Assembly (NCBI GenBank): GCA_963771275.1
Contig: CAVYSW010000003.1
Location: forward strand, 64,001 to 128,000
Origin: an uncultured Gemmatimonadales bacterium
Lineage (GTDB): Bacteria > Gemmatimonadota > Gemmatimonadetes > Gemmatimonadales > GWC2-71-9
Reading direction: 5' to 3'
DNA length: 64,000 bases
Below, in pieces: positions 30,750 through 41,168 of the stretch (the first letter of the stretch is position 1; every line of letters starts with the position of its first letter). The notes beneath the pieces are model-generated. The model ran no database searches. It saw only the letters and a list, made by a program, of their open reading frames with translations, and had not been told where the DNA came from. A program made the position numbers and the translations under genes.

Positions 30750-31817
30750 ATGGATAGACGTCGTGCAGCGGCAAGTCTCGCCACCGGAGCGGTGGTCGTG
30801 GCGGTCCTGATCGTCGTCGCCGTGCGAGGGACCGGGTCCGGAGACGAAGCGATCGTCACCGACGTCGCCGTGCACGTCGGCGCCGTGGGCCGGGCCACGC
30901 TGCACCGCTACGTGACCGCGTACGGATACGTCGAGCCCGAGCCGGCCGGCGCCGGGAGAGCGCCGGGCGGGGCGTTGCTCTCGCCCATCGTCGGCGGCGT
31001 GCTGGCCGAGATCGACTGCGTGGAAGGCCAGCGCGTCACCGCGGGGGCCGTGCTGTTCCGGCTCGACAGCCGCATGGCGGAGGTGGCGGTCGCGAAGGCC
31101 CGCCAGCAGGCCGACTTCGCCGAGAAGGCCTTCAAGCGGCAGCAGGAGCTGCTGCCGTCCAACGGGACGTCCCAGCGCGCCTACCAGGAGGCGCAGCAGC
31201 AGCTCGACGCGGCGCGGAGCGATCTCGCGGCGGCGGAGACCGGCCTGGCGTATCTCCGGATCACGGCGCCGCTCAGCGGAACGGTCGTGCGCCTCAGCGC
31301 GACGGTCGGCCAATTCGTCGACGCGAGCACGGTCCTGGCGGAGGTCGTGGACCTCGGTCGCCTGGTCGTCACGGCCAACGTGCCGAGCCGCGAGGCCGCC
31401 GGGCTCGAGCCCGGGCTGCCGGTGTTCCTCGGCGCGGACAGCACCGCCCCGCGCGGAACCCTGCGGATCGTCGGCAAGGACATCGACCCCCGCACCGGAA
31501 CGTATCGGGTCCAGGCCTCGGTGCCGGCGGGCGCGCGGTTCACCCCCGGCCAGTTCACCGACATCCGGATCGTCGCCGAAGCGCATCGCGACGTGCTCGT
31601 GGTGCCCGAGGTCAGCCTGGTCACCCGGGCCGGCGAGGGCAGCTGGATCATGGTCGTCCAGGGGGACAGCGCGGTGCGCCGGCCCGTGACCGTGGGTCTC
31701 CGCGATGGCGGGCTCATCGAGGTCGCGGGAGAGGGTGTGGGTGAGGGTGCGGTGATCGTCACCGACGACGCGTACAGCCTGCCCGCGGTGACCAAGATCC
31801 GGATCGTGGGGCGCTGA
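30750..31817 (+). CDS. RND efflux periplasmic adaptor
   Basis: N-terminal anchor, lipoyl/hairpin pattern (ITAPLSGTV), IDPRTGT. Confidence 0.9.
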   Translation: MDRRRAAASLATGAVVVAVLIVVAVRGTGSGDEAIVTDVAVHVGAVGRATLHRYVTAYGYVEPEPAGAGRAPGGALLSPIVGGVLAEIDCVEGQRVTAGAVLFRLDSRMAEVAVAKARQQADFAEKAFKRQQELLPSNGTSQRAYQEAQQQLDAARSDLAAAETGLAYLRITAPLSGTVVRLSATVGQFVDASTVLAEVVDLGRLVVTANVPSREAAGLEPGLPVFLGADSTAPRGTLRIVGKDIDPRTGTYRVQASVPAGARFTPGQFTDIRIVAEAHRDVLVVPEVSLVTRAGEGSWIMVVQGDSAVRRPVTVGLRDGGLIEVAGEGVGEGAVIVTDDAYSLPAVTKIRIVGR

Positions 31818-34800
31818 ATGCTCGGGCGCTTCGCGACGCGGTCGTCGCTCTCCATCGTCTTCATCTCGATCGCGCTGTGCCTGGCCGGCGTCTACGCGGC
31901 CCTGACACTCGCCTCCTCGGTGTTCCCGCAGACCGATTTCCCGCGGGTCGTGATCCTCGTGGACAACGGCGTGATGCCGGGCGACGAGATGATGGCCACG
32001 ATCACGCGGCCAATCGAAGAAGCGATGCACGACATCCGTGGCGTCACCACGGTGAAGTCGGCCACGGGGCGCGGCTCGGCGGAGATCAACGTGTTCTTCA
32101 CGTGGGACGTGGACATGATCCAGTCCGAGCTCTACGTGTTGAGCCGCCTGTCGCAGATCCGCAGCACCCTGCCCGCCACCGCCGAGACGACGGTGTACCG
32201 GCTCACGTTCGCCGCGTTCCCGATCCTCGGCGTGAGCTTGACGAGCGACACGCGCAGCATCACCGAGCTGTGGGAAACGGCCCGGTACAACCTCAAGCTG
32301 CGCTTCCTCAGGATTCCCGGCGTGGCGCGGGTCGACCTGGTGGGGGGGCGGGCGCCCGAGTACCACGTCGTGGTGGATCCCCTCCTGCTCGGCGCGACGG
32401 GCCTGAGCCTCCAGGACGTGATCACCGCGCTCGACGCCAACAACCTGGTGGCATCGGCGGGGATGCACGAGGAGAACCACACCCTGTACCTCACCGTCGT
32501 GGACGGGCGGGTGCACTCGATCCCGGAGATCGAGGATTTCGTGGTGACCACCGCCGACGGCCACCCGATCCGGATCCGGGATTTCGCCACGGTCGTGCGG
32601 GGCCCGGAGCCGGTGTTCAACGTCGTCACCGCGGACGGTCACGCCGCGGTGCTGCTCAACATCCGGAGCCAGCCGGACGGCAGCACGCTCCACATCGCGC
32701 GGGACCTCCGGCGACAGATCGCCGAGCTCCGCCAGGAGCTCCCGCCCGACATGAAGCTGGCGTTCTTCTACGATCAGTCGGAGATCGTCCGGGCCTCGGT
32801 GGAGAGCGTGTGGGAGGCGATCATCTTCGGTCTGGCGCTCTCGGTCCTGATCCTCTTCGTGTTCCTCAAGAGCTGGGACACGACACTGGTGGCGACGACC
32901 GTCATCCCGGTCACGGTGCTCATCACGCTCGTGTCGATGAAGCTCACCGGCCTCACGTTCAACCTGATGACGCTGGGCGGGATCGCCGCGGCAATCGGCC
33001 TCGTGATCGACGACGCCATCGTGGTGGTCGAGGCGATCCACACCCGCCTCACGCGGGGCGTGAGCCGGGCCGAAGCCGTCGTGGCCGGCATCGGCGAGAT
33101 TTTCCGCCCGCTCGTGGGGTCCACGCTCACGCCGGTCGTCGTGTTCATCCCGCTCGCGTTTCTGCGCGGCATCACCGGCGTGTTCTTCCGGGCGCTCGCG
33201 CTGACGATGGTCGTCTCGCTGCTCACCTCGCTCGTGCTGGCGGTCACGCTCACGCCGTCGCTCGCGGCGTGGCTCACGCGGCGCCGCCCGGAGGGCGCGC
33301 CCACGCAGGCGGCCGAGCTGGGGGGACCCCTGCTCCGCCGCGTGATCGAGCTGTATGAGCGCGCGGTCCGGCCGGCGCTGCGGCACCCGTGGCGCACCAT
33401 GGGGGCCTGCGCCTTCGTGCTCGTCACGGGGGTACTGCTCTACGGCCGGCTGGACAGCGAGTTCCTCCCGCCGATGGACGAGGGCGGGTTCGTGATCGAC
33501 TACTTCACGCCGCCGGGCACCAGCCTCCAGGAAACCAACCGCCAGCTGCTCCAGGCCGAGGCGATCCTCCGCACGGTGCCCGAGGTGGAGAGCTACTCGC
33601 GCCGCACCGGCGCCCGCCTCGCCCTCGCGATCGCGGAGCCCAATACCGGCGATTTCCTGGTCAAGCTCCGGACGAACAGACAGCGCAAGACCGACGACGT
33701 CATCGCCGAGCTGCGGCAGCGGTTCAATACCGAGCTGCCCGGGCCTGAACTGGGAGTTCCCCGGCATCCTCGGCGACCTGATCGGCGACCTGATGTGGGC
33801 GCCGGCACCCGTCGAGGTGAAGCTCTACTCGACCGACCAGGCGTGGCTCGAGCGGAAGGCGCCGGAGGTGGCCGCCCGGCTCGAGACCGTCTCAGGCGTG
33901 GTGGACCTGTTCGACGGGCTGGTCTACACCGGGCCGACCATCAGCCTCCGCGCCCGGCCGGCCGACGCGCGGCGCTTCGGTCTCACGGCGACCGACATCG
34001 CCAACGCCGCGAACACCGCCATGCTCGGCCAGACGGCCTCGTCGGTGCTCGAAGGCGACCGCGTCGTGGACATCCGGGTGAAGGTGGACTCGGCGCGGAT
34101 CCGGACCCTGTCCCAGATCCAGGATCTTCCGATTCGCACGCCGGCCGGGACCCTGGTGAAGCTGTCACAGGTAGTAGACGTCGTGGAGGAACCGGGGCAG
34201 CTCGAGTTGCGGCGCGAGGACGCCCGTCAGGACGTTGCGGTGACGGCGCGCCTCGAGGGCCGCGACCTCGGGAGCGCCATGGCGGAGATTCGGCAGGCGC
34301 TGAGCGCCGACTCGTCCATTCCCCGGGGCGCGATCGAGTACGGCGGGCTGTACCAGCAGCAGCGGGAGTCGTTCCGCAACCTGGTCGCCGTGCTGCTCAT
34401 GGCGATCACCCTCGTGTTCACGGTGCTGCTGCTCGAGTTCGGGTCGTTCAACGAGCCCATCGCGATCGTGTTCGGCGCGGTGCTCTCGATGTTCGGCACG
34501 GTGCTCGCCCTCTGGCTCACCGGCACGTCGTTCAACGTCGTGTCGTTCCTCGGCGCGATCATCGGGGTCGGGATCACCGCCAAGAACGGGATCCTGATGC
34601 TGGACTTCGTGAAGCAGCTGCGGGCCGACGGGCTGGATCTGGCCGAGGCGCTGGTCCGGTCCGGGCGACGGCGCCTCCGCCCCGTGCTGATGACGTCGCT
34701 GGCCGCGGCGCTGGGGATGCTGCCGCTGGCCTACGGCCTCGGCTCGGGCGCCGACATGCTGCGGCCGCTCGCCATCGCGGTGATCGGGGCGCTGTGCATC

Positions 34801-34884
34801 TCGGTCCTGCTGTCGCTCGTGGCGACCCCGACGCTTTACTTCCTCCTGCTCCGCAAAGGCAGCACGACAACGACGACCGCCTGA
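31818..34884 (+). CDS. RND efflux permease (CusA/CzcA-like); +1 frameshift near 33742
   Basis: GLVIDDAIVVVE, FLPPMDEG; correct C-terminus in ORF 33793-34884 (RLRPVLMTSLAA..GMLPLA). Confidence 0.9.
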
Positions 34885-34905
34885 CGATCACCGGGAGGTG
34901 ACCGC

Positions 34906-35960
34906 ATGACCCAGACTATCAGGTCCCGCATCGCGCTGCTCCTGGCGCTCCCACTCGTGACGGCAGGCGTTGCCGCCCCCGCGGCCGCCCAGGCGCCCAC
35001 TACCGCTTCATCAGGGAAATCACGGTGGGCGGCGAGGGCGGCTGGGACTACCTCGCCGAGGACGCCGCCGCCCACCGCCTCTACGTCAGTCACGGGACCA
35101 AGGTCGTGGTGATCGACATGGCGCGGGGGTCGGTGGTGGGCGAGATCGACAGCCTGCCGGGCGTACACGGCTTCGCGGTCGCCCCGGAGCTGGGCCTGGG
35201 CTTCGCGAGCAACGGCCGGGAGAACAAGGCCGCCGTGGTGGATCTCACGACGCTCGCGATCACCAAGCGGGTCGACACGGGCGAGAATCCGGACGCCATT
35301 CTCTACGTCCCGGGCTTCCAGGAGGTCTACACGTTCAACGGGCGGGGCCACTCCGCCACGGTCATCGACGCCAAGACCGGGAACGTGGTCGCGACGATCC
35401 TGCTCCCGGGGAAGCCCGAGTTCGCGGTGTTCGATCCCGCGGCCGGGCGGATCTACAACAACATCGAGGATCAGAACGAGATCGTCGTGATCGACGCCAA
35501 GACCCACGCGGTGGTCGCCACCTGGCCGATCGCGCCGGGGGAGGAAGCGTCGGGGCTCGCCATCGACCTGGCGCACCACCGGCTGTTCGCCGTCTGCGGC
35601 AACCAGTACATGGTGATGCTCAACAGCGCGACCGGCGCCGTGGTCGACACCGTGCGGATCGGCCAGGGAACGGACGCCGCGCGCTTCGATCCGGCCACCG
35701 GGCTCGCCTTCGCCTCGAACGGCGAGGGGACCGTCACGATCGCCCACGAGGACTCACCCGACCACCTCACGGTGGTCCAGACCCTGACCACGGCGCGGTC
35801 GGCGCGCACGATGACGCTCGACCCCACGACGCACCGGATCTACCTGTCGGCGGCGACCTATGAGGCGCCGTCGCCGGCCGACGCCGGCGGTCCGCGCCAG
35901 CGACCGCGCATGGTACCGGGGTCGTTCCGCGTGCTGGTGTACGGGATCGACGAGCGGTAG
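34906..35960 (+). CDS. YncE-like beta-propeller protein; frameshift near 34998
   Basis: Signal peptide in the 34906 frame, then GGEGGWDYL, GVHG, GENPDA, SARTMTLDP. Confidence 0.85.
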
Positions 35961-35969
35961 GCGATCGCG

Positions 35970-36728
35970 GTGAGCGAGCTCGCGCTGCACGGCTGGGCCG
36001 TCCGCGCGGAGCTCGCGCTCGCCGCCGTCACGCTGGTCGCGCTGCTGTTCGTGGCGGCGCCGTACGGCCGGTACGAGCGCCGAGGCTGGGGCCCGACGCT
36101 GCCTGCGACGCTCGGCTGGATTCTGATGGAGCTGCCGGCAGTCGCGCTGTTCGCCGTGTTCTTCTTTACCGGCGACCACCGCTTCGAAGTGGTCCCCCTC
36201 GTGCTGCTGGGCTTGTGGCAGCTCCACTACCTGAACCGGGCGTTCGTCTTCCCGTTGCGTATGCGCGCGGGGGGACGCAGGATGCCAGTGCTCATCGCGT
36301 TCCTGGCCATCGCCTTCAACACGCTGAACGCCTACGTCAACGCCCGGTGGATCGGGCACTTGGGAACCTACCGGAGCGCGTGGCTCGCGGACCCCCGCTT
36401 CCTGCTGGGCGCCACGTTGTTCCTCGCCGGATGGCTCGGGAACCTCCATGCGGACGCCGTCCTGCGGCGCCTCCGGCGGCCCGGCGAGACCGGATACGAG
36501 ATTCCACGCGGGGGCCTCTACCGCTGGGTCTCCGCGCCAAACTACCTGTGCGAGATGCTCGAGTGGAGCGGCTGGGCGGTCGCCACCTGGTCGACGGCCG
36601 GCCTTGCCTTCGCCGTCTATACGGCGGCGAACCTCGGGCCGCGCGCCGTCAGACACCACGCCTGGTATCGGGAGCGGTTCGCCGACTATCCGGCGGAGCG
36701 CAAGGCCTTGATTCCCGGTCTACTCTGA
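35970..36728 (+). CDS. 3-oxo-5-alpha-steroid 4-dehydrogenase family membrane reductase
   Basis: APYGRY, WILMELP, HYLNRA, YEIPRGGLY..SAPNYLCE.LEW.GW, HHAWY. Confidence 0.9.
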   Translation: MSELALHGWAVRAELALAAVTLVALLFVAAPYGRYERRGWGPTLPATLGWILMELPAVALFAVFFFTGDHRFEVVPLVLLGLWQLHYLNRAFVFPLRMRAGGRRMPVLIAFLAIAFNTLNAYVNARWIGHLGTYRSAWLADPRFLLGATLFLAGWLGNLHADAVLRRLRRPGETGYEIPRGGLYRWVSAPNYLCEMLEWSGWAVATWSTAGLAFAVYTAANLGPRAVRHHAWYRERFADYPAERKALIPGLL

Positions 36729-38171
36729 CCGAACGTACTTCGCCTTCAGCTCGTCATACACCGTCATACGGTCGGTGACGTTACCCTCCCGGTCGAACAA
36801 TCCGCTCCTCCAGCCGAGGGGCTCCCAGATCGCCGTTCCCTTCCCCAGGTCGTTGGGGAGGTCGAACACGATGTCGTTGACCTCTCGCTTGACATCGGAG
36901 TATTCCACGACGTTGACCGGCTTGCGATAGCGGTCGATCAGGTCATGGAGGTTGCCGTAGAGGTCCTCGAGGGTGCCGTGCCAGCGGGGATAGTACGACA
37001 GGCCGATGATGTCGAACTTGACGCCTCTCGCGATCATGTTGTCGAGCCAGAACCGCGCCTCCGCGTTCTGACCACCCAAGGCGATGTGCATCATCACCGG
37101 CATGGCGGGGTCAACGGCCTCGGCCCCTTCGACGCCTGCCTGCAGGAGACCCGCCAGCTGGTCCAGCTTGCCGATATGACCGTCCGGCCAGAGGATGCCG
37201 TGATTGACCTCGTTCCCGATCTGCACCATGTCGGGCAGGGTTCCCTGACGTTGCATGGCGCTCAGGACCGCGGTCGTGTAGCTCCTCAGGGAGTCTTTCA
37301 GGGTCTCGTAATCGAGGTCGGCCCACGCCAGGGGCTTGTTCTGCTGCTGGGGGTCCGCCCAGTAGTCACTGTAGTGGAAGTCCAGCAGGAGCCCCAGGCC
37401 GGCGTGCTTGACTCTCCTCGCCATGCTCAGCGTCGAGTCCAGTCCGCAGAATCCCACCCCGGGGGAATAGCCCTTCTCGTTCGCCGGATTGACGAAGATC
37501 CGCAGTCGGATGTAGTTGAAGCCGTGACGCTGGAGCAGCGCGATCGCGTCCACTTCCTTGCCGTCCTCGAAGAACTTCCCCGCTCCCGCGAACCTCCCTG
37601 CGCCGTTCTCGATCTGCGGCAGGAAGGAGATATCCGCCCCGATCATCCGGCCGATGGGTTTCGTCGTGGGAGGAAGCTGTTCGGCGGTGGGAGTCATCAG
37701 CGTGACATCGCCCGGGATGGTGTGGATCTCGTGGGATCCCGGGAACAGGGTGCCCGAACGGGCCTCGACCTTCACCCGGTCGGGCGACATGCCCGCTCTG
37801 AACGCGAGGGTAGCTACGCCACCCACCAGCGTCGCTGGGGTGTATCGTGCGCCACCGGTGTCCGCCACCACGGGCAGACTCGCACCTGCGAGCGAGGTGA
37901 TCATGCCATCGCCGGTGACGTAGATACGAATCGAATCCCCGGCGGACCGGATCTCTCGTCCCAGGCTGTCGGTGACGGCGATCCGCAGCTTCGTCCAGTC
38001 TCTCCCATTGGCCAGCAGGGTCGTGCTGTAGCTCGTGAGCATGACCGCCACGGCTCTGCCCGAGTCGACACGACTCACGGAGGAGAAGTCCGGAGCCTTG
38101 CTGGACTCCGTGCCGCATTGGGCGTACACCAAACCCGCGAGCGCGGTCACCACGATCGCTGACGTCTGCAT
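36720..38171 (-). CDS. GH53 endo-beta-1,4-galactanase with N-terminal Ig-like domain
   Basis: GADISFL, NYIRLRIFVNP, LLDFHYSDYWADP, VQIGNE, GLSYYP. Confidence 0.92.
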   Translation of the reverse strand: MQTSAIVVTALAGLVYAQCGTESSKAPDFSSVSRVDSGRAVAVMLTSYSTTLLANGRDWTKLRIAVTDSLGREIRSAGDSIRIYVTGDGMITSLAGASLPVVADTGGARYTPATLVGGVATLAFRAGMSPDRVKVEARSGTLFPGSHEIHTIPGDVTLMTPTAEQLPPTTKPIGRMIGADISFLPQIENGAGRFAGAGKFFEDGKEVDAIALLQRHGFNYIRLRIFVNPANEKGYSPGVGFCGLDSTLSMARRVKHAGLGLLLDFHYSDYWADPQQQNKPLAWADLDYETLKDSLRSYTTAVLSAMQRQGTLPDMVQIGNEVNHGILWPDGHIGKLDQLAGLLQAGVEGAEAVDPAMPVMMHIALGGQNAEARFWLDNMIARGVKFDIIGLSYYPRWHGTLEDLYGNLHDLIDRYRKPVNVVEYSDVKREVNDIVFDLPNDLGKGTAIWEPLGWRSGLFDREGNVTDRMTVYDELKAKYVRSE

Positions 38172-38293
38172 GATAGTCGCCCTCCTGGCCCAGTCGTCCG
38201 GCTGGTCTCGGGCTACGATAGGGCGTGGGGCGGTGAGTGGCCAGTGGAAGCGAGCGTGCATTCGAAGTGGCATCCCCGCCAGGACGCCCGCGA

Positions 38294-38635
38294 TCACGCG
38301 GTCCCGGCCAGGAGGCGCTCCAGCGCGGCCAGCACCGGCTCCACGTCCTCGGTGGCCACTCGCCACACGATGTCGGGATCGACCTGATCGTAGCCGTGCA
38401 CGATGCGGTTCCGCATCCCGACCATCTGTGCCCAGGGCAACTCGGGATGCGCGTCGCGGAACGCCGCCGTGGTGCGGCTCGCCGCCTCGCCCAGCAGCTG
38501 GATCAGGTGCAGCAGGGCAAGCTGGCGAACGTCGTCGGCGTCGAACGCGTCGCGCGCCTGTCCGCGAATGATCGCGCGAATCCGGCGGACCACGTCGAGC
38601 ATCTGCTCGACGGTCAGGCGGTCGTCACGCGTCAT
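38294..38635 (-). CDS. HepT-like (DUF86) HEPN ribonuclease toxin
   Basis: LGEAA, PW..GMRNRIVHGY (Rx4H motif). Confidence 0.9.
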   Translation of the reverse strand: MTRDDRLTVEQMLDVVRRIRAIIRGQARDAFDADDVRQLALLHLIQLLGEAASRTTAAFRDAHPELPWAQMVGMRNRIVHGYDQVDPDIVWRVATEDVEPVLAALERLLAGTA

Positions 38636-39128
38636 AGAGCGGGACCGCGCCGGCGAGGATGCGCTCCCGGAGGGGTGACCTCAGGCCGCGCCGCGTGACG
38701 AGATCCAGTCGCGCACCGCCGAGCACCGGGCGCAGGGCGTCGGCCACGGCGACGATGCCGAGCCCCGGCGTCATGCCGGGCTCGAAATCCACGACCACGT
38801 CCACGTCGCTGTCGGGCGTGGCGTCTCCCGTCACCCGCGATCCGAACACGGCCAGCCACCGGATGTGATGGCGCCGGCAGACCGCCGCAAGCGCATCGTG
38901 GTCCACCGCATCGAGCAGGGATGGCGCCGCGGGCTGCCGCGCCGCCCCATACGGCGCTGCCGTCTCCCGCACGCCTGGGCCGGGCGGCTTGCGGCGGTCC
39001 GCCGCCGCTTGCTCGAGGATGGTGAGCAGCTCGCCGTTCAGACTCCGGCGGTTCGCCCCGGCCGACGCACGCAGCGCGCGCAGGACGGGGTCCGGAACAC
39101 CGCGAACGGTGAGGGTGCGGGTTGGCAT
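38625..39128 (-). CDS. MNT nucleotidyltransferase antitoxin with N-terminal ribbon-helix-helix domain
   Basis: TLTVRGVPD..LRASAGANRRSLNGEL (Arc/FitA-like RHH) fused to FGSRVTGDATPDSDVD. Confidence 0.88.
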   Translation of the reverse strand: MPTRTLTVRGVPDPVLRALRASAGANRRSLNGELLTILEQAAADRRKPPGPGVRETAAPYGAARQPAAPSLLDAVDHDALAAVCRRHHIRWLAVFGSRVTGDATPDSDVDVVVDFEPGMTPGLGIVAVADALRPVLGGARLDLVTRRGLRSPLRERILAGAVPLYDA

Positions 39129-39163
39129 GACTGCAATATGCAGTCATCATGACTACACAGCAA
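39127..39163 (-). promoter_or_regulatory. sigma-70 promoter and palindromic operator of the MNT-HepT operon
   Basis: TTGCTG-17-CATATT-6-ATG; inverted repeat ATGACTGCA-ata-TGCAGTCAT at 39127-39147. Confidence 0.7.
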
Positions 39164-39381
39164 GTCCACCCGCACCCTGGCCGCCTCAATCGGCCATGCA
39201 ACGCGCCAACAGTCACCGTGGACGTGGCCCCATGCACGGCGTGGGTTTCCGTCACGCTCCGGGGGTCGTCGAGCCTGCATCGGCCGCACCCAGCGTACGG
39301 AACGGAAGCCAGGCAGTGGGGCTATCAGTCTTCGGTCCCGGACATCTGCCGGGGAAGGTGTGAAGTCGCCGAGGGGGAGCC

Positions 39382-39639
39382 ATGCTGTCGGACCTGAGTT
39401 TCACCCACATTCTCATCATCATGCTGATCGTCCTGCTCGTCTTCGGCTCGAAGCGCCTGCCGGAGTTGGGCTCGTCGCTCGGCAAGAGTATTCGCGAGTT
39501 CAAGAAGAGCATGCAGGAGGTGCAGCAGAGCATCGATACGCCCGACGCGGCCGCACCGCCCGCGCACCGGCTGGACTCGGCGGCCGCCCGCGATACCGCC
39601 GCCGCCCATGACGGCGAGCCCAAGAAGTTGAGCCAGTAG
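39382..39639 (+). CDS. tatA: twin-arginine translocase TatA
   Basis: TM helix followed by FGSKRLPELGSSLGKSIREFKK. Confidence 0.93.
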   Translation: MLSDLSFTHILIIMLIVLLVFGSKRLPELGSSLGKSIREFKKSMQEVQQSIDTPDAAAPPAHRLDSAAARDTAAAHDGEPKKLSQ

Positions 39640-39731
39640 CACCCCGCGCCGCACCCTGGCGCCCGCGGCGGAGCGGCCCGTATCTTCCGGGCCGCTCCCC
39701 CATTCCCCCCAGTATGGAGGCTTCTCGCTCG

Positions 39732-41168
39732 ATGCGCACGATCGTCGCCGTGCTCGCCGTTGCCGTTGTTGGCTGCGCGTCGGCCCAAGGTGCCAGGCCC
39801 ATGGGCCCGACCCCCGCCAGGGCCGATACGGCGGGCCCGCTCGCGCCCCCGGGACCGGGCGCGCTCTCGACGCCCAACGCCGATCCCTTCCCAAGCACCT
39901 ACACGCCGTTCCCATCCCGCCCGACCGCGATCCGGAACGCCACGATCTTCACCGCCACTGGCCCGCGCCTGGAGCACGCCACGATCCTGTTGCGCGACGG
40001 GAAGGTCGCCGCCGTCGGGACCGGCGTGGCGATCCCGGCCGACGCGGTCGTGATCGACGGCACCGGCAAGTACGTGACTCCCGGCCTGATCGACGCGCAC
40101 TCCCACCTCGGCGTGTATCCCGCGCCGGGGACGGAGGCCAACAGCGACGGCAACGAAGCCACGAATCCCGCCACCCCGCAGGTCTGGGCCGAGCATTCCG
40201 TCTGGCCGCAGGATCCCGCAGTTCCCGCGGAACCTCGCGGGCGGAGTCACGACACTCCAGGTGCTCCCCGGCTCGGCCAACCTGTTCGGCGGCCGGAGCG
40301 TGGTGCTCAAGGTGGTGCCGTCCGCGCGACCGTGCAGGGGATGAAGTTCCCCGGCGCCAAGTACGGCCTCAAGATGGCGTGCGGCGAGAACCCCAAGCGG
40401 GTCTATGCGCAGCGGGGACCGTCCACCCGCATGGGAAATGTGGCCGGCTACCGCGCCGAGTGGATCAGGGCCGAGCAGTACCGCCGGCGCTGGGACAAGT
40501 GGAACGCCGACCACAAGGGCGATCCGCCAGCCCGCGATCTCGGCATGGAGACATTGGCCGAGGTGCTGCGCGGCGACATGCTGGTCCAGATGCACTGCTA
40601 TCGCGCCGACGAGATGGCCATCATGCTCGACGTCGCGCGCGAGTTCGGCTACAAGATCCGCTCGTTCCACCACGCGGTCGAGGCGTACAAGATCGCCGAC
40701 CTGCTGGCGAGGGACAGCGTGTCGGCGTCGGTGTGGGCCGACTGGGGCGGCTTCAAGATGGAGGCGCTGGACGGCGTGCTCGCCAACATGGCGCTGGTGG
40801 ATCAGGCAGGCGCTCGCACGGTCGTCCACTCCGACGACCCTTCCGGCTCGCAGCGGCTTGAGCAGGAGGCGGCCAAGGGACTGGCGGCGGGCCGAGCGAT
40901 CGGCCTCCCGCTCACCGAGGAGGACGGCATCCGCTGGCTCACGATCAACCCCGCCTGGACGCTCGGCCTGGATGACCGGATCGGCTCGCTCGCCGTGGGC
41001 AAGAACGCCGACGTGGTGCTCTGGTCGGGCGATCCGTTCAGCGTGTACACCCGCACCGAGAAGGTCTGGGTGGACGGCGCGCTGCTGTTCGACCGGAGCG
41101 ACCCGGCGGAGCAGTGGCGCACCGATTTCGAGCTGGGCTACGTGCCGCAGCCGGGAGGGAGCCGATGA
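39732..41168 (+). CDS. secreted amidohydrolase (compensating frameshifts about 40216-40327)
   Basis: PGLIDAHSH, KMACGENPKRVY, HCYRADE, HHAVEAYK, INPA..GSLAVGKNAD; the conserved GGVTTLQVLPGSANL segment lies in another frame. Confidence 0.88.
   Translation: MRTIVAVLAVAVVGCASAQGARPMGPTPARADTAGPLAPPGPGALSTPNADPFPSTYTPFPSRPTAIRNATIFTATGPRLEHATILLRDGKVAAVGTGVAIPADAVVIDGTGKYVTPGLIDAHSHLGVYPAPGTEANSDGNEATNPATPQVWAEHSVWPQDPAVPAEPRGRSHDTPGAPRLGQPVRRPERGAQGGAVRATVQGMKFPGAKYGLKMACGENPKRVYAQRGPSTRMGNVAGYRAEWIRAEQYRRRWDKWNADHKGDPPARDLGMETLAEVLRGDMLVQMHCYRADEMAIMLDVAREFGYKIRSFHHAVEAYKIADLLARDSVSASVWADWGGFKMEALDGVLANMALVDQAGARTVVHSDDPSGSQRLEQEAAKGLAAGRAIGLPLTEEDGIRWLTINPAWTLGLDDRIGSLAVGKNADVVLWSGDPFSVYTRTEKVWVDGALLFDRSDPAEQWRTDFELGYVPQPGGSR

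Noticed and set aside
33735..33760. Programmed ribosomal frameshifts in the RND permease and other split genes
   Set aside because: No slippery heptamers are evident, and the indels are scattered over unrelated genes. Sequencing error is the simpler explanation.
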